A DNA stretch of 64,000 nt from Perna viridis (lineage: Eukaryota): the NCBI GenBank assembly GCA_037379345.1, contig CM074514.1, positions 6,014,001 to 6,078,000 on the forward strand. Direction: 5' to 3'. The stretch's first letter is position 1, and each line of letters opens with the position of its first letter. Below the pieces are notes generated by a model that saw only the letters and a program-made list of their open reading frames with translations, ran no database searches and was not told the DNA's origin. Below are positions 1-12,400 of the stretch, one piece after another. The position numbers and the translations under genes are program-made.

Positions 1-292
1 TGTGCAAGGTACCCTAAAATACAATCCTTCCAAGGTTTATTGAATTGAAGTAAATTCTTGGGAGAAGATCTATTAAAGGATGTTGACTAGTATGTGTTTG
101 TAAGGATATTATGGACATTAGACAAATGGACATTAAGGCAGCTGAATAGATAATAGCAACTTACTGGTAATTTGCAAGGCGATTTTTATGTGAAGCAGAA
201 TTGAGACTAAATAGCACAATTTGTTTTGTTGTTGCATTCAAGTTCTTTATGGACATGTGGCGGAATAGCGTAGAAGAACCTATGGTACATAC

Positions 293-440
293 CTCTGAAA
301 TCCCATCATTCTACATAGAACAGTGGCATCATTATCATCGAAGTTATCATCACAGATAGAACCTTCTTTACCATTGACATACAGGATGACACGTCCCTCT
401 GTACTACTGTCACCTGACAAGGTTACCTCCACATCCATAA
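293..440 (-). CDS. Mosaic gene exon 20: SRCR domain 4, N-terminal half
   Basis: [34 protein letters not shown]; AAG acceptor, GTATGT donor. Confidence 0.88.
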
Positions 441-3400
441 CTTAAATGAAACAATACCAAAGGATGTAGTTGTTCTTTGATTTTTTACCTGGAAATCCAG
501 ATACTTTGAAAACATGTGTGATACCTCATTATTTTTATGCTTCATTGTCACTTGAATGAAATTACAACATTTGGAAAAATAAAGTTTCTTGGATACTGAA
601 GTTTTAAGTTTAGAATTAAGAAAAAAAAAGTGAAAGAAAAAACATTGAACTATTGCTGCCATCCAAGATTTAGTGAGAGTCACAAATGATACCAAATTGC
701 TTTTATCATTTTAAATATTCTAAACTCCTTTCCATCTAAGTTTAGGAGATGTTGCACAGTTCAGCTATTAATCATATTATCTTCAGTTTGTATTATCTAA
801 ACACAAAAACATCTTTCATCAAGTTTTGAAAATCTATGTTAAATATCCAACATTCATATCATTTTAAGATTAACAAGAAGTGGTTTCAGAAGACAGACAG
901 ACAGACATTTTCAAAAGATTAAAAGTCATTAAGAAGAGCAGATACAGATTGAGTCTTTGTCTAAATTGTCATAGCCTACATGGTTTCTCTGTTGAAGTGG
1001 TTCCTTGGTTTTCCTCATGGGAACAAATGACACCAGCATCTTCAGTGTGGTCACAGTCATGTTTAGCCCAGGTAGAGTGATGACAACTATCTATACTTCT
1101 CTCTGAGCTGTCACATACTACATCATCTAACCATATTAGACCAGACCCTTGTCCATAACTACCTCCTATTTTAGCTATTCCAGAACTATAAAATTATATT
1201 AAAAATGGAATAAGTGTAGGTCTAGGAAAAGGTGTATACAAAAAAATATTTAATAGTATTATATAATATTCTCCTAAACTTTCATTACTTTACTCAATAA
1301 AGGTTATAGGTACGTCTTATCATATTAAAGGACCATTATTAATAGTTGAAGTATGAGCAAGCTCTCAAAGAGAATACCTCTGCTTAAAAAGAAGGTAAAT
1401 ATTTAATGTATAAAACCTTTAGGTCTCACTAACCACTTCTAACATTTCCATTACTTTACTTGTTAAAAATGTAATTTTCAATGTTTCACAGGACAAATGA
1501 TATCTTAAAGTTATATACTTGCAAAGCTTGGAAAATAAGGCTTTCAAAAACTTTATGCAAATGGATTGATGATTGTAGAAATTCTTCAAAAAATTTACTT
1601 GAATAAATAAAACTGAAAATCCACATTGTTACCTTTTCTACTTACTGACAGCATAGAGGCGAATTACTCACACATGTAAACAATATTTATACACTTTTGT
1701 AGTAAATTACAAATATGATATTAAAGTACAAATCCTTAGCTTCATTTTGACTACTTTTGATCAGAATACACACAAATAATGTACTTACAGTGCATAGATC
1801 TATATTCATTATGTTTTTGGCACTACATAGGGGGTGGTCAATTGACCCAGAAGTGTTTAGCGAGGCCTTAAGTTGGATTATTTCCCTTTAGAGCATACTG
1901 ACTATAAATATACTTCTTTATGCACATCTATATACACTGCTTAATGTTCCTATGAATTTCATTAGAATCTCTTCATATAACAATGCTGTTTGAACCAGGT
2001 GAGCTTAAACATGGTTTGATTGTGTTAATAACAAATTTCTGAAAGAGGCTGACACATATTAAAAATACTGTAAAGGTCATATCCAGTTGAAAAATATACT
2101 GTAGTGAAGAAACCTATAACCCAAACAGTTACTCATATGTAACCAAGCATTCTACAAACAGCTACTATTCTGTAGCCAAACATTCTACAAACAGTTACTA
2201 TCCTGTAGCAAAACATTCTACAAACACTTACTATCCTGTAGCCAAGCATTCTGAAGAAACCTATAAACCAAACAGTTACAAACCTATAGCCAAACATTCT
2301 ACAAACAGTTACTAACTTGTAACCAAGTATTCTAAACAGTTACTATCCTGTAACCAACCATTCTACAAACAGCTACTATCCTGTAACCAAGCATTCTACA
2401 AACAGTTACTATCCTGTAGCAAAACATTCTACAAACACTTACTATCCTGTAGCCAAGCATTCTGAAGAAACTTATAAACCAAACAGTTACAAACCTATAG
2501 CCAAACATTCTACAAACAGTTACTAACCTGTCACCAAGCAATCTACAAACAGTTACTATCCTGTCATCCAGCATTCTACAAACACTTAATAACCTGTAAC
2601 CAAGCATTCTACAGTTACCATCATGTAACCAAGCATTCTACTAACAGTTACTAACCAGTAGCCAAGCATTCTACCAACAGTAACTACCCTGTAACCAAAC
2701 ACTCTACAAACAGTTACTAACCTGTAACCAAGCATTCTACAAGCAGTTACCATCATGTAACCAAGCATCCTACTAACAGTTACTAACCTGTAACCAAGCA
2801 TTCTACAAGCAGTAACTAACCCGTACCAAGCATTCTACAAACAGTAACTAACCTGTAACAAAGCATCCTACTAACAGGTACTAACCTGTAACCAAGCATT
2901 CTACAAAAAAACACTATCCTGTAGCCAAGCATTCTGAGGAAACCTATTAACCAAACAGTTACTAACCTGTAACCAAGCATTCTACAAACAGTTACTATTC
3001 TGTAACCAAGCACTCTACAAACAGTTATTATCCTGTAACAAGCACTCTACGAACAGTTACCATCCTGTAACCAAGCACTCTACAAACGGTTACTATCCTG
3101 TAACAAAGCACTCTACAAACAGTTACTATCCTGCAGTCAAGCATTCTGAAGAAACCTATAAACCAAAAAGTTACAAACCTGTAGCCAAGTATTCTACAAA
3201 CAGATACTATCCTGTAACCAAGCATTCTACAAACAGTTACTATTCTGTAACCAAGCACCCTACAAACAGTTACTATCCTGTAACCAAGCATTCTACAAAA
3301 ATTTACTATCCTGCAACCAAGCACTCTACAAACAGTTACCATCCTGCAACCAAGCACTCTACAAACAGTTACTATCCTGTAACCAAACACTCTACAAACA

Positions 3401-6400
3401 GTTACTATCCTGTAGTCAAGCATTCTGAAGAAACCTATAAACCAAACAGTTACAAACCTGTAGCCAAGCATTCTACAAACAGATACTATCCTGTACCAAG
3501 CATTCTACAAACACTAAATAACCTATACCAAGCATTCTACAATCAATTACCATCATGTAACCAAACATCCTACTAATAGTTACTAAGCAGTAACCAAGCA
3601 TTCTACCAACAGTAACTATCCTGTAACCAAACACTCTACAAACAGTTACTAACTTGTAACCAAGCATTCTACAAACAGTTACCATCATGTAACCAAGCAT
3701 CCTACTAATAGTTACTAACCTGTAACCAAGCATTCTACAAGCAGTAACTAACCTGTACAAAGCAATCTACAAACAGTAACTAACCTGTAACCAAGCATCC
3801 TACTTACAGTTACTAACCTGTAACCAAGCATTCTACAAGCAGTAACTAACCTGTACCAAGCATTCTACAAACAGTAACTAACCTGTAACCAAGCATCTTA
3901 CTAACAGTTACTAACCTGTAACCAGGCATTCTACAAAAAATACTATCCTGTAGCCAAGCATTCTGAGGAAACCTATAAACCAAACAGTTACAAACCTGTA
4001 GCCAAGCATTCTACACACAGATACTAACCTGTAACCAAGCACTCTACAAACGGTTACTATCCTGTAACAAAGCATTCTACAAACAGTTACTATCTTGTAA
4101 CCAAGCACTCTACAAACAGTTACTATCCTGTTTCCAAGCATTCTGAAGAAACCTATAAACCAAACAGTTACATAGCTATAGCAAAGCATTCTACAAACAG
4201 TTACTATCCTGTAACCAAGCACTCTACAAACAGTTACTAACCTGTAACCAAGCACTCTACAAACCAAACAGTTACTATACTGTAACTAAGCATTCTACAA
4301 ACACTTAATAACCTGTAACCAAGCATACTACAGGCAGTTACCATCACGTAACCAAGCATCCTACTAACAGTTACTAACCTGTAACAAAGCATTCTACAAA
4401 CAGTTACTAACCTGTAACCAAGCATTCTACAAAAAATACTATCCTGTAGCCAAGCATTCTGAGGAAACCTATAAACCAAACAGTTACTAACCTGTAGTCA
4501 AGCATTCTACAGTTACTTTCCTGTAACCAAGCATTCTACAAACAGTAACTAACCTGTAACCAAGCATTCTACAAACAGTTACTATCCTGTAACCAAGCAC
4601 TCTACAAATATTTACCAACCTGTAACCAAGCACTCTTCAAACAGTAACTAACCTGTAACCAAGCATTCTACAAACAGTTACTATCCTGTAACCAAGCATT
4701 CTACAATCAGTTACCATCATGTAACCTTGCATACTACTAATAGTTACTAACCAGTAGCCAAGCATTCTACCAACAGTAACTATCCTGTAACCAAGCATCC
4801 TACAAACACAAAATAACCTGTACCAAGCATCCTTAAACAGTTACCATTATGTAACCAAGCATCCTACTAACAGTTACTAACCTGTAACCAAGCATTCTAC
4901 AAGCAGTAACTAACCTGTAACAAGCATTCTACAAACAGTAACTAACCTGTAACCAAGCATTCTACAAAAAATACTATCCTGTAGCCAAGCATTATGAAGA
5001 AACCCATAAACCAAACAATTACTAACCTATGACCAAGCATTCTACTAACAGTTACTATTCTGTAACCAAGCACTCTACAAACATTTACCAACCTGTAACC
5101 AAGCACTCTCCAAACAGTAACTAACCTGTAACCAAGCATTCTACAAACAGTTACTATCCTGTAACCAAGCATTCTACCAACATTAATTAACCTGTACCAA
5201 GCATTCTACAAACAGTAACTGTAGCCAAGCATTCTACAAACAGTTACTGTAGCCAAGCATTCTACCAACAGTAACTTACCTGTACCAAGCATTCTTCAAA
5301 AAGTAACTGTAGCCAAGCATTCTACAAACACTTAATGACCTGTAACCAAGCATTCTACAAACACTTAATGACCTGTAACCAAGCATTCTACAGTTACCAT
5401 CATGTAACCAAGCATTCTACTAACAGTTACTAACCAGTAGCCAAGCATTCTACCAACAGTAACTACCCTGTAACCAAACACTCTACAAACAGTTACTAAC
5501 CTGTAACCAAGCATTCTACAAACAACTGAAGCAGCATGATCATCCCACAAGTCATCACAGATAGTACCACGAACACCATTACGAATTATTTCTACCCTCC
5601 CTTCACTCTGTGTTCCATTTACAAGTTCAATGTTTAGTGCTGGAAATGTCAAAATCACACCACTGCTGTATTTTTCGCTGGTAAAAGATGATTGTTTTGG
5701 CCAGTCTAGACTGAATTATTGTTCACTTCCACTTATGTAGTGATCTTTTAATAAAATTGTTTATTAATCATTATACATTTCATTAGAACTTAGTGTCCTT
5801 TTCTAGGTTAAGTTTCACAGAATTGTAAGTAAAATAAAATTTAAACATGTACATAAAATAAAATCAATTATTATGATCAAGTTTTGTTTATGATGTATTG
5901 TAGACATTTGAACTTCTATACCCCTCATTTTCCGTAATGAGTCTAAAGTTAACTAATGGAAATTTTAACAGACTTTTTGGAAAGCCCTATAAGGCATACT
6001 CTAAAGCAAACAGAAAAAAATTGTAATCTCTTGTGTTGGAACACATTCAACTATTGAATAATGTAATTTTCAAATTTATTTGAAATGCTTCCATATCAAT
6101 TGAGGTCTGACTTATATATTTCTGATCCTTTTGAATGATTTAAGCTGAGGAAAATTTATGTGACAGACAATCATTATAAAGGGCAGGTGGACTGCACTAT
6201 AGCATACTACGTTAGTCAAAATAATGTGTACCTACCACAGTCAGTTTCATCCGAGTTGTCATGACAATCATCATCAGAATTACAAACCAGACTCGTAAGA
6301 ATACAGTTTTTGTTAGAGCAGGTAAATTCATCAGGATTACATGCTGAAGTAATTAATAATGTTAACTCTGATTTGGTTTACATTAATTATGATTTCCATA

Positions 6401-9400
6401 AAATCTACCAAAATTAAGCTCATAAGCAAGTATTGAACACATCCATTAGATTTATTTAAACAACTTAATATATGCAAACAATGTAATTATAACAGAAAGT
6501 AATATAATCAATGACTGAAGTCTTAAAAGTCGCTTATCATCCAATATTCACAGTAACTGGTTTTGACATACTTTTAAAATCCAAAATGGTACAAATGTGA
6601 TATGCACTAAAATCGGGTGACTTCTGCTAAAATCTTGGTTCCCTTGATATTATTGCATACTCTTTTGTTACCGTTATGACCCAAATGGCTATATATAGAT
6701 ATCTGTGTCCTGATAATATATATGACCTTTATATAATCAATTGTAACGAAAGCTTGTGTTTGAATCGGAAACTGGGTAATATTACATAAATTCAATGCTA
6801 ATCAATCATTTTATCTTTTAACTTCCTGTTCTAATACAAGCAAAAAACATGATTAGACATGTGTATGATATGTTTTAAAAAAGGTATGTTGTAGCGATCT
6901 TTGGGTCGCTTATGATATTAACAGGGAACCAGTTTATGAACCAGATTTAGCAGCTAGCGATGAATATTCATAAATATTGGGGCGTGCTAATGTATATGAC
7001 CTATATAGTCTTGTAACTAGTCTCAGTGACTGAATCAGAAACTGGGTAATGTTCAAAGCTAACTGATCATTTCAGTTAACTTCCCGTTCTCATACAAACA
7101 AGAAATACACGTAGAACACATGTATATGATATTTATGAGGTACATTTTTATCTTGTATGAAGCTAGAAATATGACGCTGTGGCGGTGAACATGGCAAAGA
7201 TCTGCTGGATTGTGTGGCGTATAATTACACATTAATGCAAATCATATGCAAATATTAAATACAGAAGTTATGAGTGCAAGAAGTGGCTTACACTATTAGC
7301 GACTTAAAAAGAAATCAAGACAAAATGTTTTATATAAATATAAATATGAAGCTACAACTCATAAAAAGTCTGACAGAAATTTACTAAAACCTCAAATTTC
7401 AAATAATACAAGAGTTCAGAGTACACAAATGAGATTGTAGGAAGGATTTTGAGCACACATTTCCAGTTGTAGAGAAAAACTGAGTACACATGCAAAGTTG
7501 TAGAATAATACTGAGTCCATATATGAGATTATAAAAAGAATTCTGAGTACACATCCCAGCTTGTAAAAAGAATTCTGAATACATTTGCCAGATTAATGAA
7601 ATAATTCTGAGTACACAAACTAGGCTGTAGAAAGAATTCTGAGTACATATGCCAAGTTGAAGATAGACATATGAGTATACATGTGAAGTTGAAGAAAAAA
7701 TCCTCAGTACACCAATTTATAGAAAGAATTCTGAGTACACATGCTAGATTGTAAAAATAATTCTGAGTACACACATTAGGCTGTTGAAAGAATTCTCTGA
7801 GTACACACACACTAGGTTGTAGAAAGAATTCAAAGTATACTTGCTAGGCTGTAGAAAAAATTAAGAGTACACATGCTAGCCCTTAGAAAGAATTCTGAGT
7901 ACACACACTAGGCTGTAGAAAAAATTCTGAGTACACATGCTAGGCTGTCAAAGAATTTTGAATACACACACCAGGTTGTTGTTATATTTACATTTTATCT
8001 GTTGACATTGTACACCAGCTATTTCATAGTCTTTACAGTCATGTTCTTTCCATGCACTAGAGTCACATGATAGTAGACTGGTCTCATTACCATAACAATT
8101 AACATCATCCAATAAAATATTTCCATTTCCACTTCCATATCTGCTTCTCCTTACTGCTGCTAAAGCATGCCTGATAATATTAAGTGATATTTAAAAATTA
8201 TGAAGGAAATATATTTCAAAATGAGATTAAACCTAATTTATCAACTGTTAAATGCTAACTGATTGCAATCAACCCTACTTTGGCAAATACTTTCTTTCAA
8301 GTTTTAAAGACTACTCAAGCAGTGTTTACCAATGTGTGTGTGTGTGTTAAGGACTACAGGTGAGTTTGTGGTGATTTTATTTTAAGAAGTTTTGTCATTT
8401 TGCAAAAGTCACACACCGGTGTTTTAAAGTCACATGAAAAGTTGACTGAGTGACTCTAAATTCAAAACATATCAAAGATATAGAAACAACTTACCCAAAG
8501 CCAAGCATTCTACAGACAACAACAGCATCTTTAATGTCCCAATCATCATCACAGATTACACCCCATTCTCCTAAATACTTTATCTCTACTCTCCCTGACT
8601 GTTGATCATCTCCACCAACAAGCCTCACATCAATATTCTCTGATTCTGAATCTCCTAAAAAAGATTTTACATTACATAACATTCATTGATAAAACAACAA
8701 CAAATGTCTATTTTACTGAACTCTCATATCTAAAAATTAAAAAAGAAACAGTGTCCCCGGCCACATTCAATGAAAATATATAAATAAATGGATGAAAATA
8801 ATTCAGCAAGATTTTAAGTCTGAAGGACAATAACTCTTACAAAACTGATGAGTACCTTTCTTATTTGTCTGTTTTTGTGATGGCAACCTTTGTATTAATC
8901 TCAGAAAAATATATAAAAATGTATGTGAAATAGCAACACTTTTAGTATAAAGCTAATGAACAATAATTAAGAGGTCTGAGAGAACTAACAACAATGAACA
9001 GACAGATGGACATGAAACTGTGTGGCAGGGTATAAAACATCACAACCCAAACATCAAAGGACATGAATAATGGTACATGACACATCGTCCTGAGCTAATC
9101 TACAGTCGTATCCAATATCAAATCCATACACCAAAGGACAAAAATTACAGCCTGGACATGAATTTGTATGCAAAAATCATTAAACTGACTTTGAGATCAA
9201 AGTCCAAGGTAAAACTTTATTAACCATGGTACATGACACATTGCCTTGAGCTGATCTTCCCTCATGCCAAATATTCAAATGCCTATACCCAAAGACAAAA
9301 AAGTTACTGCCTGTACAGGAATCTGTATTACAAAATCATTACCTAGAAGTCATAGTTCAAAGTCAATTGTCATCAACCATGGTATGCAGCAACACATTGT

Positions 9401-12400
9401 CAAGCTGATTTACCCTCATGTCAAAAAGAAAGCTTACACTGACAGCCCGAACATGATTTGTTATGGAAGGACAGACTACTATTGGGTGTCTGCTACATAG
9501 TGGCAGAGCATTATTAACAATGATCAGTCAGCACATTGTTTCAAACTTACAGTGTTCATTCCAGACCAGGCCCTTGAGCCAGTGGCATGGATATTTTATG
9601 TGTGGCACACAGAAAAGTGTGGCATGTGGGCTCTACCGACGCACAGTATTCCACAGACTGATCTCTGAATTTCAAGATGTGTTCAGATGCATTTCCATCA
9701 CTTTAAATCATAAATGGCCTTAACCATTTCATAGTAACGAAAGTAAAAAAATTTTCAGGTAAAAAAACAACTTAAGCAGTGCTACAGGGGACCAAGTGTT
9801 TCCCCTGACCCTGCTAACAGCACCTAATAAATCTAGACCTTGGCAGTGTATGATATGATCCCGATAAGAACAGAAAGATTCTAAAGGGAGCTGCAACATC
9901 AAAATGAATAACAATAAGAGTCCAAAGAATGCCAAAATAAACATTTTTTTTTATTCATTTGAAGTGTACCTATCACCGAAACTATAAAGTGTATACAAAC
10001 CTGAGATCAACTAAGTTGTTGGTTGAATCTATCCTGTTAACTAAAAATGATTCCTATCATACTTCCATATTGGCCCTTTTTTCTGAAAATGACCCCCTGT
10101 TTTACTGTCAAGAGGGCCACTGGCCCCGTTTTGCATTTTTTTAAAAATAAACACTGAACTTACTGTTATCTGAGCTATTGGGGGTAACAACGTTTAGTAC
10201 AAATTTAATGTTAATCTAATAAAGAAGTGCTGAAAATGTTTAGATGGATGGAGGGCATGGGCAGACAGAGGCACAGAAGTTAATTCACCCTTGTCATTTT
10301 GATCTAAATGACCCCAGATTTGTCTCCGAATAACCTTTTGACATCCATAAAACAATGTAGTTTTAAATTGTGACCTCATTAATCTTTTAAGTTGAAGGAG
10401 AATTCAGTACAAAAACAACAGGAATATGTGTTATTTTTGTTAATTGCGTCCACAAGTGTAAATATAAATATTGTGGTGGTAATGTATCAAAAGTACTACA
10501 AGAAGAGCGGGACATTAGCTGCTAGCTCAGACTCCATAAATAGCATACAACTAGGATGAGATGAAGACCGACACATTTGCTGCTAGCTCAGACTCCATAA
10601 ATAGCATACAACTAGGATGAGATGAAGACCGAGACATTTGCTGCTAGCTCAGACTCCATAAATAGCATACAACTAGGATGAGATGAAGACCGAGACATTT
10701 GCTGCTAGCTCAGACTCCATAAATAGCATACAACTAGGATGAGATGAAGAGCAGGACATTAGCTGCTAGCTCAGACTCCATAAATAGCATACAAATAGGA
10801 TGAGATGAAGAGCAGGACATTAGCTGCTAGCTCAGACTCCATAAATAGCATACAACTAGGATGAAATGAGGAGCAGAACATTAGCTGATAACTCGAACTC
10901 CATAAATAGCATACAACTAGGATGAGATGAAGACCAAGATATTTGCTGCTAGCTCAGACTCCATAAATAGCATACAGCAAGGATGAGATGAAGACCGAGA
11001 CATTTGCTGCTAGCTCAGACTCCATAAATAGCATACAACTAGGATGAGATGAAGAGCAGGACATTAGCTGCTAGCTCAGACTCCATAAATAGCATACAAA
11101 TAGGATGAGATGAAGAGCAGGACATTAGCTGCTAGCTCAGACTCCATAAATAGCATACAACTAGGATGAAATGAGGAGCAGAACATTAGCTGATAACTCG
11201 AACTCCATAAATAGCATACAACTAGGATGAGATGAAGACCAAGATATTTGCTGCTAGCTCAGACTCCATAAATAGCATACAGCAAGGATGAGATGAAGAC
11301 CGAGACATTTGCTGCTAGCTCAGACTCCATAAATAGCATACAACTAGGATGAGATGAAGAGCAGGACATTAGCTGCTAGCTCGGACTCCATAAATAGCAT
11401 ACAACTAGGATGAGATGAAGACCAAGACATTTGTTGCTAGCTCAGACTCCATAAATAGCATACAACTAGGATGAGATGAAGAGCAGGACGTTAGCTGCTA
11501 GCTCAGACTCCATAAATAGCATACATTTAGGATGAGATGAAGACCGAGACATTAGCTGCTAGCTCAGACTCCATAAATAGCATACAACTAGGATGAGATG
11601 AAGACCGACACATTTGCTGCTAGCTCAGACTCCATAAATATCATACAGCAAGGATGAGATGAAGAGCAGGACGTTAGCTGCTAGCTCAGACTCCATAAAT
11701 AGCATACATTTAGGATGAGATGAAGACCGAGACATTAGCTGATAGCTCAGACTCCATAAATAGCATACAACTAGGATGAGATGAAGACCGACACATTTGC
11801 TGCTAGCTCAGACTCCATAAATAGCATACAACTAGGATGAGATGAAGACCGAGACATTTGCTGCTAGCTCAGACTCCATAAATAGCATACAAATAGGATG
11901 AGATGAAGAGCAGGACATTAGCTGCTAGCTCAGACTCCATAAATAGCATACAACTAGGATGAGATGAGGAGCAGGACATTAGCTGATAGCTCAGACTCCA
12001 TAAATAGCATACAACTAGGATGAGATGACGACCAAGATATTTGCTGCTAGCTCAGAAACCATAAATAGCATACAACTAGGATGAGATGAAGACCGAGACA
12101 TTTGCTGCTAGCTCAGACTCCATAAATAGCATACAACTAGGATGAGATGAAGAGCAGGACATTTGCTGCTAGCTCAGACTCCATAAATAGCATACAAATA
12201 GGATGAGATGAAGAGCAGGACATTAGCTGCTAGCTCAGACTCCATAAATAGCATACAACTAGGATGAGATGAGGAGCAGGACATTAGCTGATAGCTCGGA
12301 CTCCATAAATAGCATACAACTAGGATGAGATGAAGACCAAGATATTTGCTGCTAGCTCAGACTCCATAAATAGCATACAGCAAGGATGAGATGAAGAGCA

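Noticed and set aside
441-488. Stronger-looking ttccag acceptor at 488 for mosaic exon 20
   Set aside because: It introduces an in-frame TAA before the SRCR sequence, so the AAG acceptor at 440 is preferred.
2332-5172. Many ORFs with ([11 protein letters not shown])n repeats suggesting a repetitive protein
   Set aside because: They are by-products of the 33-bp intronic array; frequent frameshifts and stops, and no independent gene structure.
6520-7305. Possible Kolobok-like element with an internal ~270-bp duplication
   Set aside because: Only a short inverted match (aagtcgct/agcgactt); boundaries and TSD are not convincing.
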